Source of the DNA: a bacterium
GTDB lineage: Bacteria > UBA8248
Direction of reading: 5' to 3'
DNA length: 64,000 nt
NCBI GenBank assembly: GCA_965213685.1
Contig: CBDBZY010000036.1
Span: 64,001 to 128,000, forward strand
Positions 63,755 to 64,000 of this stretch are shown here, piece after piece. The notes beneath the pieces are model-generated. The model worked only from the letters and a program-made list of their open reading frames with translations. It ran no database searches and had not been told where the DNA came from. Position numbers and translations under genes: made by a program. Numbering within the stretch: the first letter of the stretch is position 1; the number at the start of each line of letters is the position of its first letter.

Positions 63755-64000
63755 TCAGGCCACCGCCGGTGCGACCTCCCGCGCGAACCTCTCCAGAAAC
63801 CTGAGAGACGCCCCATGCTTCATCCCGTCGCCGTAGACGCCCAGGATCACGTGATTCAGGCCAAACTCGTCCCGCAAGCGCCGGAGCTCCCGAACGTTCT
63901 CCTCCACGGAGCCGATGACGCCGCCGCCGCTCAGGAATTCGCGCACGTCGAGCTTGTAGCTCCAGTTGCGCTGGAGGTGCCTCCCCTCCTCATCCGGAAA
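63755..64000 (-). CDS. LLM class oxidoreductase, C-terminal fragment (runs off the window)
   Basis: IGSVEE...LERFAREVAP, typical LLM C-terminus. Confidence 0.7.
   Translation of the reverse strand, partial: FPDEEGRHLQRNWSYKLDVREFLSGGGVIGSVEENVRELRRLRDEFGLNHVILGVYGDGMKHGASLRFLERFAREVAPAVA

Overview
A 64 kb, high-GC, gene-dense bacterial chromosome segment from a diderm (it encodes a DcaP-type porin). It is rich in catabolic and redox genes: LLM oxidoreductases, SDRs, molybdo-hydroxylase subunits, NitT/TauT ABC transporters, EamA and MFS. It also carries core genes: pckA, glnA, mtaB, ccsA-hemACDB, pyrD/pyrK and tRNA-Gly(GCC). No integrase, transposase, rRNA or CRISPR array was seen. Three signals stand out. 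(1) A type III-like Mod/Res restriction-modification locus sits between a thiolase and an enoyl-CoA hydratase. Its mod gene has an in-frame 44-nt homopolymer, a candidate ON/OFF phase-variation switch, and a sharply AT-richer target-recognition cassette. (2) Two genes are split by the ORF caller because an in-frame TGA falls exactly on the catalytic Cys position and is followed by a SECIS-like hairpin: a UxxC DsbA/FrnE protein and a two-domain rhodanese. Both are predicted selenoproteins. (3) The molybdo-hydroxylase genes are split into coxM-S-D-E without a large subunit and, 32 kb away, L+M without S. Six single-base indels in short G/C runs suggest long-read assembly errors, which limits confidence in homopolymer lengths and in the apparent Mod-Res fusion. 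Starts were adjusted by eye using RBS positions and gene overlaps. All family calls come from motif recognition, not database searches.
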